IMG/VR virus record: IMGVR_UViG_3300020151_002484 | Span: 1 to 48,063 of that record | DNA: 48,063 nt | Source of the DNA: a virus | Lineage: Duplodnaviria; Caudoviricetes | Strand: one strand, 5' to 3' | In this document: positions 26,311-37,114 of the stretch, piece after piece | How positions within the stretch are numbered: the first letter of the stretch is position 1 | Layout of the letters: each line of letters starts with the position of its first letter | The notes under the pieces: model-generated | What the model saw: only the letters and a program-made list of their open reading frames with translations | The model's database searches: none | What the model was told of the DNA's origin: nothing | Made by a program: the position numbers and the translations under genes

Positions 26311-27759
26311 ATGAAAGATAAATTTGGTTATTTGCCTCCTGAAAAGAGGAAGAAGATTATGCTTATCTGTGATGACATCAGAGTCCACTCAGGTATTGCA
26401 ACTGTCGCTAGAGAAATTGTGTTACACACAGCACAACATTTTAATTGGGTTAACATCGCTGGAGCCGTTACACATCCTGAAAAAGGTAAAAAGTTAGATC
26501 TTTCTGAAGATACTAATAAAAATTCAGGACTTACGGATTCCTCAGTAGTATGTTATCCTGTAGATGGATATGGTGATCCATCTCTTATTAGACAACTTAT
26601 TCAACTCGAGAATCCAGATGCAATTATGTTGATTACTGATCCTCGTTATTTTGTTTTCTTATTTTCTATTGAAAATGAAATTCGTAGACAAATCCCAATC
26701 ACCTATTTAAATATTTGGGATGATTATCCAGCTCCATTATATAATAAACCATATTATGAGGCCTGTGATTTATTAATGGGTATTTCTAAGCAAACAGTAA
26801 ATATTAATAAAATTGTTTTAGGGGAGGTTGCTAAAAAACGAATAGTAAAATACATTCCTCATGGTTTGAATGATAAAATTTTCCGACCAATTAAAGAATC
26901 AGATAAAGAATATGCTGATGTTGTTTCGTTAAAAAAACAATTATTTGGAAAATCCCAACCCGAGTTTATTATTTTCTTTAACTCAAGGAATATTAGACGT
27001 AAACAAATTCCTGATGCATTAATGGCTTTTAGATTATTTTTAGATAAATTACCTAAGGAACAAGCTAAAAAATGTAAAATGCTATTACATACAGAACAAG
27101 TAAGTGAACATGGTACTGATTTAAATGCTGTTATTGATTTATTTTTCCATGAAGAATATCCAAATAATATAGTATTTACAAATATGAGAGCTAGTGTACA
27201 TGAAATGAGTTTATTGTATAATATGTGTGATGCTCAAATCTTATTAACATCTAATGAAGGTTGGGGATTAAGTTTAACAGAAGCTATGTTATGTGGTTTA
27301 CCTATTATTGCTAACGTAACTGGTGGTATGCAAGATCAAATGCGTTTTGAATTTGAAGATGGTACTTGGATTGATTTTGATGAAAATTTCCCATCAAACC
27401 ACAGAGGTACAATTAAAAAGCATGGTGAGTGGGCATTTCCAGTATACCCAACTTCACGTTCAATTGTAGGTTCACCTCCAACACCTTATATCTTTGATGA
27501 TAGATGTGAACCAGAAGATGCTACAGAACGTATTCTTGAAATCTACAACATGAGTAAAGAAGAACGTAAAGCTAGAGGCTTAAAAGGTAGAGAATGGGCT
27601 ATAAGTGATGAAGCCGGATTTACCTCAGAACATCAAGCAAAACGTGTTATTGAATCCTTTGATGAATTATTTTCAACTTGGAAACCAAGAGAAAAATTTG
27701 AATTTATTAAAGCTACAGATTATCCAAAAAGAACATTAAAACATAAATTAATATATTAA
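26311..27759 (+). CDS. GT-B (GT4-like) glycosyltransferase
   Basis: SGIATV, IPHG, RNIRRK, EGWGLSLTEA (E-x7-E), GG. Confidence 0.9.
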   Translation: MKDKFGYLPPEKRKKIMLICDDIRVHSGIATVAREIVLHTAQHFNWVNIAGAVTHPEKGKKLDLSEDTNKNSGLTDSSVVCYPVDGYGDPSLIRQLIQLENPDAIMLITDPRYFVFLFSIENEIRRQIPITYLNIWDDYPAPLYNKPYYEACDLLMGISKQTVNINKIVLGEVAKKRIVKYIPHGLNDKIFRPIKESDKEYADVVSLKKQLFGKSQPEFIIFFNSRNIRRKQIPDALMAFRLFLDKLPKEQAKKCKMLLHTEQVSEHGTDLNAVIDLFFHEEYPNNIVFTNMRASVHEMSLLYNMCDAQILLTSNEGWGLSLTEAMLCGLPIIANVTGGMQDQMRFEFEDGTWIDFDENFPSNHRGTIKKHGEWAFPVYPTSRSIVGSPPTPYIFDDRCEPEDATERILEIYNMSKEERKARGLKGREWAISDEAGFTSEHQAKRVIESFDELFSTWKPREKFEFIKATDYPKRTLKHKLIY

Positions 27760-29075
27760 TGAAACCGTTATTCGTAATAAGTTGCCCTATTGACACTTAC
27801 AGTGGTTATGGAGCTCGCTCTCGTGATTTAGTCAAGTCAATTATTGAACTTGATAAATATGATGTAAAAATTATGGCCCAACGTTGGGGTGAATGCCCTT
27901 GGGGATTTATTAAAGAAAATCCTGAATGGTCATTTTTAGAAAAACATATTTTAAATACACCACAATTACCTAAACAGCCTGAAATTTGGGCCCAAGTAAC
28001 TGTACCTAATGAATTCCACCCAGTAGGAAAATATAACATTGGGTTTACAGCAGGTATTGAAACTACAACAGCTATTCCTGAATGGATTGAAGGATGTAAT
28101 AGAATGGATTTAAATATTGTTTCATCTAAACATTCTCTTGATGTATTTAAGAATAGTCAGTTTGAAAAAATAAATGAACAAACAAAACAAAAAGAAGGTG
28201 TTCTAAAATTAGAGAAACCTATGGAAGTATTGTTTGAAGGAGCTGATTTAACTAAATATTTTGAAATGGCCGATGATGATATTCCTGAAAATGATTTAGT
28301 AACAGCTTTAGATGATATACCTGAATCGTTTGCTTATTTATTTGTAGGTCATTGGATGCAGGGTGATTTGGGTGAAGACCGAAAAAATGTAGGTTTATTA
28401 ATTAAAGCATTTTTTGAAATATTTAAAAACAAATCCAAAAAACCAACATTAATTCTTAAAACATCAGGAGCAGGTTCATCATATTTAGATAGAGAAATGA
28501 TTTTGCAAAAAATTATCCAAATCCAAGATTCAGTTGAATCAACAAACTTACCTAATATCTATTTATTGCATGGTGAATTTACAGATGAGGAAATGAATTA
28601 TTTGTATAATCACCCAAAAGTAAAATCAATGATTAATTTAACTAAGGGTGAAGGCTTTGGACGTCCATTACTTGAATTTAGTTTAGCCAAAAAACCAATT
28701 ATTGTATCAAATTGGTCAGGACATATGGACTTTTTAAATCCTGAGTTTGTGGTTGCTTTAGAAGGTAAATTAACCAATGTACATCCAAGCGCAGCCAATC
28801 AATTCCTTATTCAGGACAGTCAGTGGTTTTCACCTGAACATAATCATATTGGAAATTACTTAAAAGATGTATATGAAAATTATAAAAAGTATACTGATGG
28901 AGCTAAACGTCAAGCGTATAGAAGTAAATCAATGTTTAATTTTGACGAAATGAAAAAATTAATAGGCAACTATCTTGAACAGTACATTCCAGAATTCCCT
29001 AAACAAGTTCAAATTAAACTCCCTACCATGAATAAAATTACATTACCTAAAAAACCAGTATTAACTAATGGATAA
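27759..29075 (+). CDS. GT-B (GT4-like) glycosyltransferase
   Basis: SGYG, DRKN, EGFGRPLLE (E-x7-E), SGHMDF. Confidence 0.88.
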   Translation: MKPLFVISCPIDTYSGYGARSRDLVKSIIELDKYDVKIMAQRWGECPWGFIKENPEWSFLEKHILNTPQLPKQPEIWAQVTVPNEFHPVGKYNIGFTAGIETTTAIPEWIEGCNRMDLNIVSSKHSLDVFKNSQFEKINEQTKQKEGVLKLEKPMEVLFEGADLTKYFEMADDDIPENDLVTALDDIPESFAYLFVGHWMQGDLGEDRKNVGLLIKAFFEIFKNKSKKPTLILKTSGAGSSYLDREMILQKIIQIQDSVESTNLPNIYLLHGEFTDEEMNYLYNHPKVKSMINLTKGEGFGRPLLEFSLAKKPIIVSNWSGHMDFLNPEFVVALEGKLTNVHPSAANQFLIQDSQWFSPEHNHIGNYLKDVYENYKKYTDGAKRQAYRSKSMFNFDEMKKLIGNYLEQYIPEFPKQVQIKLPTMNKITLPKKPVLTNG

Positions 29076-29556
29076 TTTAATTGTTTGTGATCGTTGTAAT
29101 TCTGATGCTTGTTATGTAGACGAGGTGAACCAAGATATTAAAACATATTTTTGTTATGGATGTGGTTTTCAAACCAATTCATTAATGAAATCAGGTAGTG
29201 ACTTCCTAAATGAACAAATGGAAGTCCTACCCGAAATTTATAAAGATTTAATGGTGACTGATGATAATGGAAAAGTATGGATGCCATCAGCTATTAATTT
29301 ACCTCAACAAGGTATGATTTTTGTAAACGGACCATCTTCAGATGAATGGAAGTGGAGTGCTGTAAAAGCTGTTTCTGTACTAGAAAAAGAAAAAACAAAA
29401 TACCCAATCCCAGGAAAACCAGGAAAATATTATGATTGGAGAATGGATATGTCTACAATGAAAAATTATCCTGAACGTGATTTTATGGGAGCTTTAACGT
29501 ATATTGGCGTTTTACCTGAAGACGAAGATGATCAGCATAGCGATAACAGTTTGTAA
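29068..29556 (+). CDS. Hypothetical protein with N-terminal zinc ribbon
   Basis: CDRC...CYGCGF. Confidence 0.7.
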   Translation: MDNLIVCDRCNSDACYVDEVNQDIKTYFCYGCGFQTNSLMKSGSDFLNEQMEVLPEIYKDLMVTDDNGKVWMPSAINLPQQGMIFVNGPSSDEWKWSAVKAVSVLEKEKTKYPIPGKPGKYYDWRMDMSTMKNYPERDFMGALTYIGVLPEDEDDQHSDNSL

Positions 29557-30136
29557 TGAACATAAAGAGTTAGAAACTCTACTTGATTATCTTCAAGAAC
29601 GAGCTTTATCTCCTGATTATGAAATTATTATTCAAATTGATGAACAAAATCATACGCCTGAAGTACTTCATATTATTATAGATAGAGGTATTAAACATCA
29701 TTTTTTCCCATTAAACAAAAATTTTGCGGCTTACAAAAATGAATTAATTAAACACTGTTCTGGAGAATATATCTTCCAAGTCGATGCTGATGAAATACCA
29801 AGTCTTGAGTTACTTGCTATGTTACCTGATATTTTAGAAAGCAACCCTGATGTGGATGTATACTTAGTTCCTCGGATTAATACCGTAAGTGGTCTCACCG
29901 AGGAACACATTCAGAAATGGAGATGGAATATTGAAGGTGATAGAATTAATTTCCCTGACTATCAATGGAGAATTTATCGTAACAACGATTCAATAAAATG
30001 GATAAATAAAGTACATGAGCGTTTAGATGGGTTTAAGCAATATACTGCTTTACCTGCTGAAGATGAGTTTTGCTTATTACACCCAAAAACAATAGAAAAA
30101 CAAGAAAAACAAAATAATTTTTATAATACAATATGA
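29528..30136 (+). CDS. GT-A (GT2-like) glycosyltransferase
   Basis: Start MISIAITVCNE (29528). DADE DxD motif, PDYQWR, VHE. Confidence 0.88.
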   Translation: MISIAITVCNEHKELETLLDYLQERALSPDYEIIIQIDEQNHTPEVLHIIIDRGIKHHFFPLNKNFAAYKNELIKHCSGEYIFQVDADEIPSLELLAMLPDILESNPDVDVYLVPRINTVSGLTEEHIQKWRWNIEGDRINFPDYQWRIYRNNDSIKWINKVHERLDGFKQYTALPAEDEFCLLHPKTIEKQEKQNNFYNTI

Positions 30137-31086
30137 AAGTAGTTTATATTACAGGTTGTTTAGGATTTATAGGATCCTATGTAACCCGCAAATGCCTTGA
30201 AAAAGGTTGGTATGTAAGAGGTATTGATAAAATAACTTATGCTGCTAATATTGATTTATTAGATGAGTTTTTAGATTATCATAATTTTATTTTTGAAGAA
30301 AAAGACATAAACCAACTTGATTTTTTATATGATTGTGATTATGTAATTAATACAGCAGCTGAAACCCATGTTGGAAATAGTATAGTCCAATCAGATGAAT
30401 TTATACATTCTAACATAAATGGTGTACATCACCTTTTAGAGCTAATTAAAAACTTTAGACAAGAAGGTAAAACCAAACCAACCTTAATTCACTTTAGTAC
30501 AGATGAAGTTTATGGTGATATTGAAGATGGAACTCACACCGAAACTGATTTATTAAAACCATCAAACCCATATTCAGCAACAAAAGCCGCAGCTGATCAA
30601 TTAGTATTAGCTTGGGCTCGTACTTATAATTTACCTTATATTATTGTTAGACCAACTAATAATTATGGAATGGGACAATATGTTGAAAAATTAATTCCAA
30701 AAACATTAAAATATCTTAAATTAGATCGTAAAATACCTTTGCACAATAGTGGTTCTCCTATTCGTACTTGGTTACATGCTGATGACACAGCAGAAGCTAT
30801 TATGTCAATCATCGAATCAGGCAAAACAAACGAAATATATAATATCTCAGGTGGATTTGAACAATCTAATTTAATGACTGTATCTCAAATTATTAGTTTA
30901 TATTATCCTAATACAGATAAAGCTTTAGAATATTATTGTAATTTTGAATTTAATAGAGATGGTCAAGATGTTAGATATTCTTTAGATGATTCTAAATTAA
31001 GAGCATTAGGTTGGAAACCGAAGCGTGTATTTCAAAATGAATTACCTTATATTGTAGATTATTATAAAGATAAATTTATATGGTAA
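30133..31086 (+). CDS. rmlB: dTDP-glucose 4,6-dehydratase-like protein
   Basis: GCLGFIG, DKITYA, AAETHV, STDEVYG, PYSATK, NNYG, EKLIP. Confidence 0.9.
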   Translation: MKVVYITGCLGFIGSYVTRKCLEKGWYVRGIDKITYAANIDLLDEFLDYHNFIFEEKDINQLDFLYDCDYVINTAAETHVGNSIVQSDEFIHSNINGVHHLLELIKNFRQEGKTKPTLIHFSTDEVYGDIEDGTHTETDLLKPSNPYSATKAAADQLVLAWARTYNLPYIIVRPTNNYGMGQYVEKLIPKTLKYLKLDRKIPLHNSGSPIRTWLHADDTAEAIMSIIESGKTNEIYNISGGFEQSNLMTVSQIISLYYPNTDKALEYYCNFEFNRDGQDVRYSLDDSKLRALGWKPKRVFQNELPYIVDYYKDKFIW

Positions 31087-31622
31087 TAAACACTCACCCT
31101 CACCTCAACGATATATTAATCTTCACACCTGAAGTTTACTATGATTATAGAGGTTTTTTTATGGAATCTTATAATGATGAAATATATAATATTTTAAATA
31201 TAAATTTTGTTCAAGATAATCATTCAAAATCATTTAAAAATGTTTTAAGAGGACTTCATTATCAATGGAATAAACCTGTATCTAAACTATTTAAAGTAAT
31301 ATATGGAGGTGGTGCTATTATATTTTTAGATATTAAACAAAATTCCCCAACTTATGGACAACATGGAACTTTACCACTTATATCTGAGGGTGATGTTGTT
31401 TTTATACCTTATGGATATGCTGTTGGTTTTGTTTCTTATCAAGATGAAAGCCATCTATATTATAAGTGTTCAAATAAAAGAAATGCTAAGCAGGAAGGTT
31501 CAATTTATCCTCTTAATTTAGGATTAAATTTGGAAGTTGACAAAGAGAATATTATATTGTCTGATAAAGATAAATACGCTTTAACATTTGAAGAATATAA
31601 AACCAACCCCAAATTTGTATGA
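31080..31622 (+). CDS. rmlC: dTDP-4-keto-6-deoxyhexose 3,5-epimerase (RmlC-like), copy 1
   Basis: DYRGFFME, QDNHS, VLRGLHYQ, LSDKD. Confidence 0.88.
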   Translation: MVINTHPHLNDILIFTPEVYYDYRGFFMESYNDEIYNILNINFVQDNHSKSFKNVLRGLHYQWNKPVSKLFKVIYGGGAIIFLDIKQNSPTYGQHGTLPLISEGDVVFIPYGYAVGFVSYQDESHLYYKCSNKRNAKQEGSIYPLNLGLNLEVDKENIILSDKDKYALTFEEYKTNPKFV

Positions 31623-32140
31623 TAAAATTAACTAACGGTAGAGGACAATTAGGTGAAAAACTTACCTCTCATTTTGAAAACACATCCATAGAAGAAGATA
31701 TAACAATATACCATACTTGGAAGGTACCCTACTTGCATAACCCCCAACCAGGAGAAGAAAAAGCTATACAAAAAGAAGAATTAAATAAACTAGTTAATTT
31801 TTCTATAGCTAATCCTAAAACAAAAATAATATTTATATCAACTAACTCAGCAAAAGGTACTTGGTATACTTATCATAAAGAATTAGCTGAAGCTTATCTT
31901 TTATTAAATCATCCAAATTGTATTATTTTAAAATTCCCTTTATTTATTGGTAATGGAGTTATAAAAAAATTAAAAACAGGTGAATTAAAACCTTATGGGA
32001 TATCTGAGGTTATTACTTTAGATAAAGTAGTAAATACTATAGAACAATTTTTAATATATGAAGGGTTAAAAAGAGTTTTTTATATTGAGGGTGAAAAAAT
32101 AGAAGCATTAACTATTTTAGAAATTTTAAAAGTACAATGA
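31619..32140 (+). CDS. Shortened RmlD-like NAD(P)-dependent reductase
   Basis: GRGQLG, FIST and YTYHK (YxxxK), but only 173 aa. Confidence 0.6.
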   Translation: MIKLTNGRGQLGEKLTSHFENTSIEEDITIYHTWKVPYLHNPQPGEEKAIQKEELNKLVNFSIANPKTKIIFISTNSAKGTWYTYHKELAEAYLLLNHPNCIILKFPLFIGNGVIKKLKTGELKPYGISEVITLDKVVNTIEQFLIYEGLKRVFYIEGEKIEALTILEILKVQ

Positions 32141-33054
32141 TTACAAAAATAACTTATCATATAATGCCTTGGGAAATTGATTATGCCTTAATGTCATTTA
32201 CCCAATTTAAAAAATCTAAATATTATTTAGACCCTAATGATAGAGTTAAAATAGATACGTTTCTTAACTTATCTAATTACATAATTGATTGGGATAATAG
32301 CAAATTACCAAAAAAGTTCTTTATTCAAAAATATAAGGACTTACAAAATTTACTTTGTGATTATGAACATACACCTTTTATTTATGAAGGTGATGAGTGT
32401 TGGGGTATCTTAGATAAGCAAAGAATGGCTTATGATAAAGAAGTAGATTATTATATGGAACTATGCCCTGATATGTACTTCCAGGAAACATTAATAGCAT
32501 CTTTAATTGAGGCTGCTAAATCAGTTCCTAATAAATATTTTGTTATCACACCACAACTATATAAAATGTGGGATCACACCTGGGATGTGTTAGTTGATAA
32601 TCAATATTTAGCAATACCTTATGACCAATGGGATAAAGCTGATCTATTTGATATTAGATGGGATTTAAAATCTCAACAGCCTGATATGTCTTTAAGACCA
32701 ATTAATGTTAGTAAATGGGCTAATTGGTTTGACTTATATAATAAAGCATTTTATGAAGAAATGGTTCCAGTTCATGATGATTGGCATGGTTATGGTCCAG
32801 GTGATACTTACGGGATGATAGTTTCAGAGTATGCTAAATCAAAAGGAGTTGATTTTCAACAGTATGTTTTAGAAGGACAAACAATATTTGAATACCCCAT
32901 TGGACCTTTAAAACAAAGAAATTTTACAAGTGCTTATAGAGATCTAATTGTTACTCGAGATGTGCCTAATCAAAGACAAGTGTTTGAAGCTAAATTTAAT
33001 GAGTATGTAAACAAAGGTGTTCAAATGTTGATTGATAAAAAAATTATATGTTAA
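32137..33054 (+). CDS. Hypothetical protein, possibly a divergent GT-A glycosyltransferase
   Basis: Sits in the sugar island. CPD after a hydrophobic strand and a WHGYGPGD motif resembling the GT2 W-G-x-E-D motif. Confidence 0.5.
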   Translation: MITKITYHIMPWEIDYALMSFTQFKKSKYYLDPNDRVKIDTFLNLSNYIIDWDNSKLPKKFFIQKYKDLQNLLCDYEHTPFIYEGDECWGILDKQRMAYDKEVDYYMELCPDMYFQETLIASLIEAAKSVPNKYFVITPQLYKMWDHTWDVLVDNQYLAIPYDQWDKADLFDIRWDLKSQQPDMSLRPINVSKWANWFDLYNKAFYEEMVPVHDDWHGYGPGDTYGMIVSEYAKSKGVDFQQYVLEGQTIFEYPIGPLKQRNFTSAYRDLIVTRDVPNQRQVFEAKFNEYVNKGVQMLIDKKIIC

Positions 33055-33908
33055 AAATATTCTCCAACTTCAGATCTTTAGAAGATCCATTATATAATAG
33101 ATTTAAAGCTAGATGTGCTGATAAACCTATAACTTTGTTTTATGATTATATTCCTAAGTCTATACAAGATTTAGAACATAATCCTTATAATTTTTTATTG
33201 TTGCATGAACCAAATGAATTTTTTGGAATGCATACTTGGGCTAAAAATAACCATCATTATTTTACAGCTATATTAACTTGGAATGAAGAATTATTAAATA
33301 AAGTACCAAACGCTATTTTATTCAATCACAACGCTAGGAATACTAGCGATGAATATGTTGAATCATTCCAAAACATACTAGATAAAAAGTTTGAAGTTAG
33401 TTTTCTAGCAGGAGCTAAAACATTAGTAGAAGGTCATATCTTAAGACAAGAAATATTTAAATTAGGAGACCAAATAACAATTCCTAAAAAATGGTATCAT
33501 ACACTTCCTGATTTTAATCAAGATGATTTTAATAAAGGAGGAATTGGTAGACCTGCTACTGCTTGGGAAGGCAAAACAATCTGTTATAATGAACCTATGT
33601 TTCATGTGGCTGTTGAAAATGTCAAAGCAAATAATTGGTATACAGAAAAAATAGGAGAAGCATTTTCAACTAAAACATTACCTATCTATTGGGGTTGTCC
33701 TAATATAGGAGATTTTTATGATTCAAGAGGAATTATTACCTTTGAATCAAAAGATGAATTAGTTGACATTGTTAATAATTTAACTCCAGAATTATATTAT
33801 GAAATGAAACCATACATAGATCATAATTATGAGGTAGCGTTTCATGATAATTTTGAATATAAACTTGATAATTTCTTTAAAGAATTAATAGAACTTAATA
33901 ACCTTTAG
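33048..33908 (+). CDS. GT10 (alpha-1,3-fucosyltransferase-like) glycosyltransferase
   Basis: FHVAVEN...WYTEKI..AF....PIYWG signature. Confidence 0.82.
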   Translation: MLKIFSNFRSLEDPLYNRFKARCADKPITLFYDYIPKSIQDLEHNPYNFLLLHEPNEFFGMHTWAKNNHHYFTAILTWNEELLNKVPNAILFNHNARNTSDEYVESFQNILDKKFEVSFLAGAKTLVEGHILRQEIFKLGDQITIPKKWYHTLPDFNQDDFNKGGIGRPATAWEGKTICYNEPMFHVAVENVKANNWYTEKIGEAFSTKTLPIYWGCPNIGDFYDSRGIITFESKDELVDIVNNLTPELYYEMKPYIDHNYEVAFHDNFEYKLDNFFKELIELNNL

Positions 33909-33920
33909 GGAATAATTATA

Positions 33921-33928
33921 TATTTATA
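33921..33928 (+). promoter_or_regulatory. TATTTATA motif upstream of the second sugar-biosynthesis unit
   Basis: Lies in the only sizeable intergenic gap within the island (33909-33952). Confidence 0.4.
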
Positions 33929-33952
33929 TCAAATAATTAGTTTTAATAGAAT

Positions 33953-34891
33953 ATGAAAAAAGTTTTAATAACAGGAGGAGCTGGTTACCTTGGTTCCGTT
34001 TTAACAGAAGTATTATTAGGTAAAGATTACCAAGTAACTATTTTAGACAACTTAATTTACAAACAAACATCTGTAGCACCTTTTGCACATCACCCCAATT
34101 TTGATTTTGTTTTTGGTGATGTTACTAATGAATCTTTACTTAAATCATTAGTAGAAAAACACGATGTTATTATTCCTTTAGCAGCAATTGTAGGTATGCC
34201 TGCTTGTAAATCGCAACCTGAGTTAACTGTAAAAGTAAATTATGAACAAGTAAAAAATATTACTAAATGGATTACTAAAGATCAAAAAGTAATCATTCCA
34301 AACACAAACAGTCAGTATGGTTCATCAACTGAAATTATTACTGAAGATTCTCCATTTAAACCATTATCACTTTATGCTGAAACTAAATGTAACGCTGAAA
34401 AAGCAGTACTAGATTCAGGTAATGGAATAACATTAAGATTAGCTACTGTATTTGGTATGTCATACCGCATGAGAATGGATTTATTAGTGCAGGACTTCGT
34501 TTATAAAGCAGTTACAGATGGTTATTTAGTATTGTTCGAGTCTCATTTTATCCGTAATTATATACACATTAGGGATATAGCTAATGCTTTTTTATTCATG
34601 ATTGAAAATTATGAAAAATGCAACAACAATGCTTTTAATGTTGGTTTAACATCAGCAAATTGTACTAAATTAGAATTAGCTCAAACAATTCAAAAGTTTG
34701 TTCCTGATTTAGTAATTGTAGAAAATAACTTTAAACAAGATTTTGATCAAAGAAATTACATGGTTTCTAACTCTAAATTGGAGTCCCAAGGATGGATACC
34801 TACATTTACACTTGAAGATGGGATCCAAGAACTAATCAAAGGATACCAATTAATCAAAAAGTTTAAAGATAAAGATTTTACTAACCTTTAA
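33953..34891 (+). CDS. NAD-dependent nucleotide-sugar epimerase/reductase (extended SDR)
   Basis: GGAGYLG, LAAIVG, YAETK (YxxxK), RLATVFG. Confidence 0.9.
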   Translation: MKKVLITGGAGYLGSVLTEVLLGKDYQVTILDNLIYKQTSVAPFAHHPNFDFVFGDVTNESLLKSLVEKHDVIIPLAAIVGMPACKSQPELTVKVNYEQVKNITKWITKDQKVIIPNTNSQYGSSTEIITEDSPFKPLSLYAETKCNAEKAVLDSGNGITLRLATVFGMSYRMRMDLLVQDFVYKAVTDGYLVLFESHFIRNYIHIRDIANAFLFMIENYEKCNNNAFNVGLTSANCTKLELAQTIQKFVPDLVIVENNFKQDFDQRNYMVSNSKLESQGWIPTFTLEDGIQELIKGYQLIKKFKDKDFTNL

Positions 34892-34902
34892 TATAAAAAA
34901 TA

Positions 34903-35676
34903 ATGACTAATACAGAATTAGAAAAAATTGCTAAATCGGTTAGGAAAGAGGTTTTCAAGTTTAAAACACAAACAGGAAACGGTCACCTAGCTAGTTGTTT
35001 GAGCACAGTAGATGTTGTTGTATCTCTTTATTATGATGAAAGTACTCCTTTCAATCATGAAAAAGATATCCTCATCTTCAGTAAAGCTCATGGTTCACCT
35101 GTTGTTTATCCTATCTTAGCTGATTTAGGATACTATCCAAAAGACGAGTTAGACAAGTACTGCACACCTGAAGGTATCTTAAGACTACACTCTGACCAAT
35201 CAATTCCAGGTTGCCATTTTGTAGGTGGTAGTTTAGGTAACGGTATTGGTTATGCAGCTGGAGTTGCTATGGCTAATCCAGACAAACAAGTATATGTTGT
35301 TTTGGGTGATGCTGAGTTGTATGAAGGTGCTGTTTGGGAAACTATGATGTTTATTACTCATCATAATCTAACTAATGTAACTTTGATTGTTGATAGAAAC
35401 CAATTAGGTATTTTAGGAGCAACTGAAGAGTTACTTAAATTAGAACCATTAGCTGATAAATTTAGAGCATTTGGTTATGACACTCAAGTATGTGGTGGTC
35501 ATGATTTTAACCAAATTCAAGTAGCATTTAAGTATGTTGCAACTAAACCTAAAGCAATTATCTTTAATACTATTAAAGGTAAAGGTGTAAGTTATATGGA
35601 AGGTAAGTATGAGTATCATACTATTATTCCTAAAAGTGAACAAGACATTAACACAGGACTAAACGAGTTATCATGA
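34903..35676 (+). CDS. Transketolase-like protein, N-terminal (ThDP-binding) subunit
   Basis: GHLAS, SKAH, GSLGNG, GDAELYEG..WE...N, TIKGKG. Confidence 0.92.
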   Translation: MTNTELEKIAKSVRKEVFKFKTQTGNGHLASCLSTVDVVVSLYYDESTPFNHEKDILIFSKAHGSPVVYPILADLGYYPKDELDKYCTPEGILRLHSDQSIPGCHFVGGSLGNGIGYAAGVAMANPDKQVYVVLGDAELYEGAVWETMMFITHHNLTNVTLIVDRNQLGILGATEELLKLEPLADKFRAFGYDTQVCGGHDFNQIQVAFKYVATKPKAIIFNTIKGKGVSYMEGKYEYHTIIPKSEQDINTGLNELS

Positions 35677-36614
35677 AAGCACAAAGAGATACTTTTATAA
35701 GCGAGTTATTTGAACTCGCCAAAACAGACAAAGACATTATTTTAATGTCAGTAGATATGGGAGCTCCATCTCTTGATATTTGGAGAGAAACATTACCAAA
35801 CCAATTTATTGCAGCTGGTATTTCAGAACAAAATGCTATTAACGTAGCAGCCGGTTTAGCTAATTCAGGTAAAAAAGTATATGTTTACTTTATGGCTGCT
35901 TGGGTTGCTCGTTGTTTTGAACAAATTAGATATTCATGTGCAATGGCAAAAAATCCAATTACTGTTTTAGGTAATGGTGTTGCTTTAGGATATGCACCAG
36001 CGGGTCCTGCTCATGAACCAAATGAAGATATTGGTTATATGAGAACTATTAATGGTATTGAGATTTGGTCACCTGCTAATACATCAGCAACCAAATCATT
36101 AGTTCAATTAACTATTGAAAAACCAGCATTACGTTATATTCGTTTAGAAAGAAACCATGCTAAAGAAGTTGAATCATTTGACTTTAATACAAACAATACA
36201 ATTAACTTAATCCGCTCAGGTTTAAAAGAACCAGTTGATGGTGAGCCTCGTATTGCTATTTTGAGTAGTGGTTATATGTTAGGTAGAGCAGATAATGTTT
36301 GGTCTACATTAATTAATAAGCATCAAATTTCACTTTATGATGTTTGGAGAATTAAACCATTGAATGCTTCTCAATTAGGTAATATTTTAAGTAATTACAC
36401 TCATGTGGTTACTATTGAGGAACAAACACTTGATGGTGGATTTGGTTCTGCTATTTGTGAAGCTATTTGTGACTTAGGTTTAAATAAAAAAGTACTTCGT
36501 TTAGGTTTACCTGAAAGGTTTATTTTTGAAAACGGATCTAGAGATCATTTGATTAATACAAACGGTTTGTCTGTACAAAACATTGTAGAAAAAATTGAAA
36601 CATTTATAAAATGA
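35673..36614 (+). CDS. Transketolase-like protein, C-terminal subunit
   Basis: GISEQ, RCFEQIR, GPAH, YIRL, TIEEQ...GGFGS. Confidence 0.92.
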   Translation: MKAQRDTFISELFELAKTDKDIILMSVDMGAPSLDIWRETLPNQFIAAGISEQNAINVAAGLANSGKKVYVYFMAAWVARCFEQIRYSCAMAKNPITVLGNGVALGYAPAGPAHEPNEDIGYMRTINGIEIWSPANTSATKSLVQLTIEKPALRYIRLERNHAKEVESFDFNTNNTINLIRSGLKEPVDGEPRIAILSSGYMLGRADNVWSTLINKHQISLYDVWRIKPLNASQLGNILSNYTHVVTIEEQTLDGGFGSAICEAICDLGLNKKVLRLGLPERFIFENGSRDHLINTNGLSVQNIVEKIETFIK

Positions 36615-37114
36615 AAAAAGGAATATTAAAAGATATCCAAGAATACACTCCCTCCTCCTATGAAGATTTTAGGGGGGAGTTATTCACTACTTGGAAAAAA
36701 GATGAATTCAAAAACATTTTTGGAATTGATTTAGAATTTGTTCATGACAAAACCTCAATATCAAAGAAAAATGTATTAAGAGGTATTCATGGAGATTCTA
36801 AATCATGGAAGTTAATGATTTGTAATTATGGTGAGCTTTATTATGTTGTTGTAGATAACAGACCTGACTCACCAACATATAAACAATGGGATTGGGATGT
36901 ACTAACAGCAGCTAACAGAAAAATGTTATTAATTCCTCCTGGATTTGGTAGTAGTTTTTATGTAATGAGTGATTTAGCCGTTGTAAATTACAAATGGGCC
37001 TATCCAGGAGCTTATCCAGATGTTGAAGATCAATTTACTTTAAGTTGGAATTCACCAGAACTTAACATACATTGGCCAACAAAAACACCAATTTTATCAG
37101 AAAGAGATGCATAA
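36611..37114 (+). CDS. RmlC-like epimerase, copy 2
   Basis: DFRG, VLRGIH, DNRPDSPTY, IPPGF, LSERD. Confidence 0.88.
   Translation: MKKGILKDIQEYTPSSYEDFRGELFTTWKKDEFKNIFGIDLEFVHDKTSISKKNVLRGIHGDSKSWKLMICNYGELYYVVVDNRPDSPTYKQWDWDVLTAANRKMLLIPPGFGSSFYVMSDLAVVNYKWAYPGAYPDVEDQFTLSWNSPELNIHWPTKTPILSERDA

Noticed and set aside
34903-36614. Pentose-phosphate-pathway transketolase
   Set aside because: It is the short split form embedded among NDP-sugar enzymes, with no tal/zwf/gnd nearby. The split is two coupled genes (ATGA overlap), not a frameshift.
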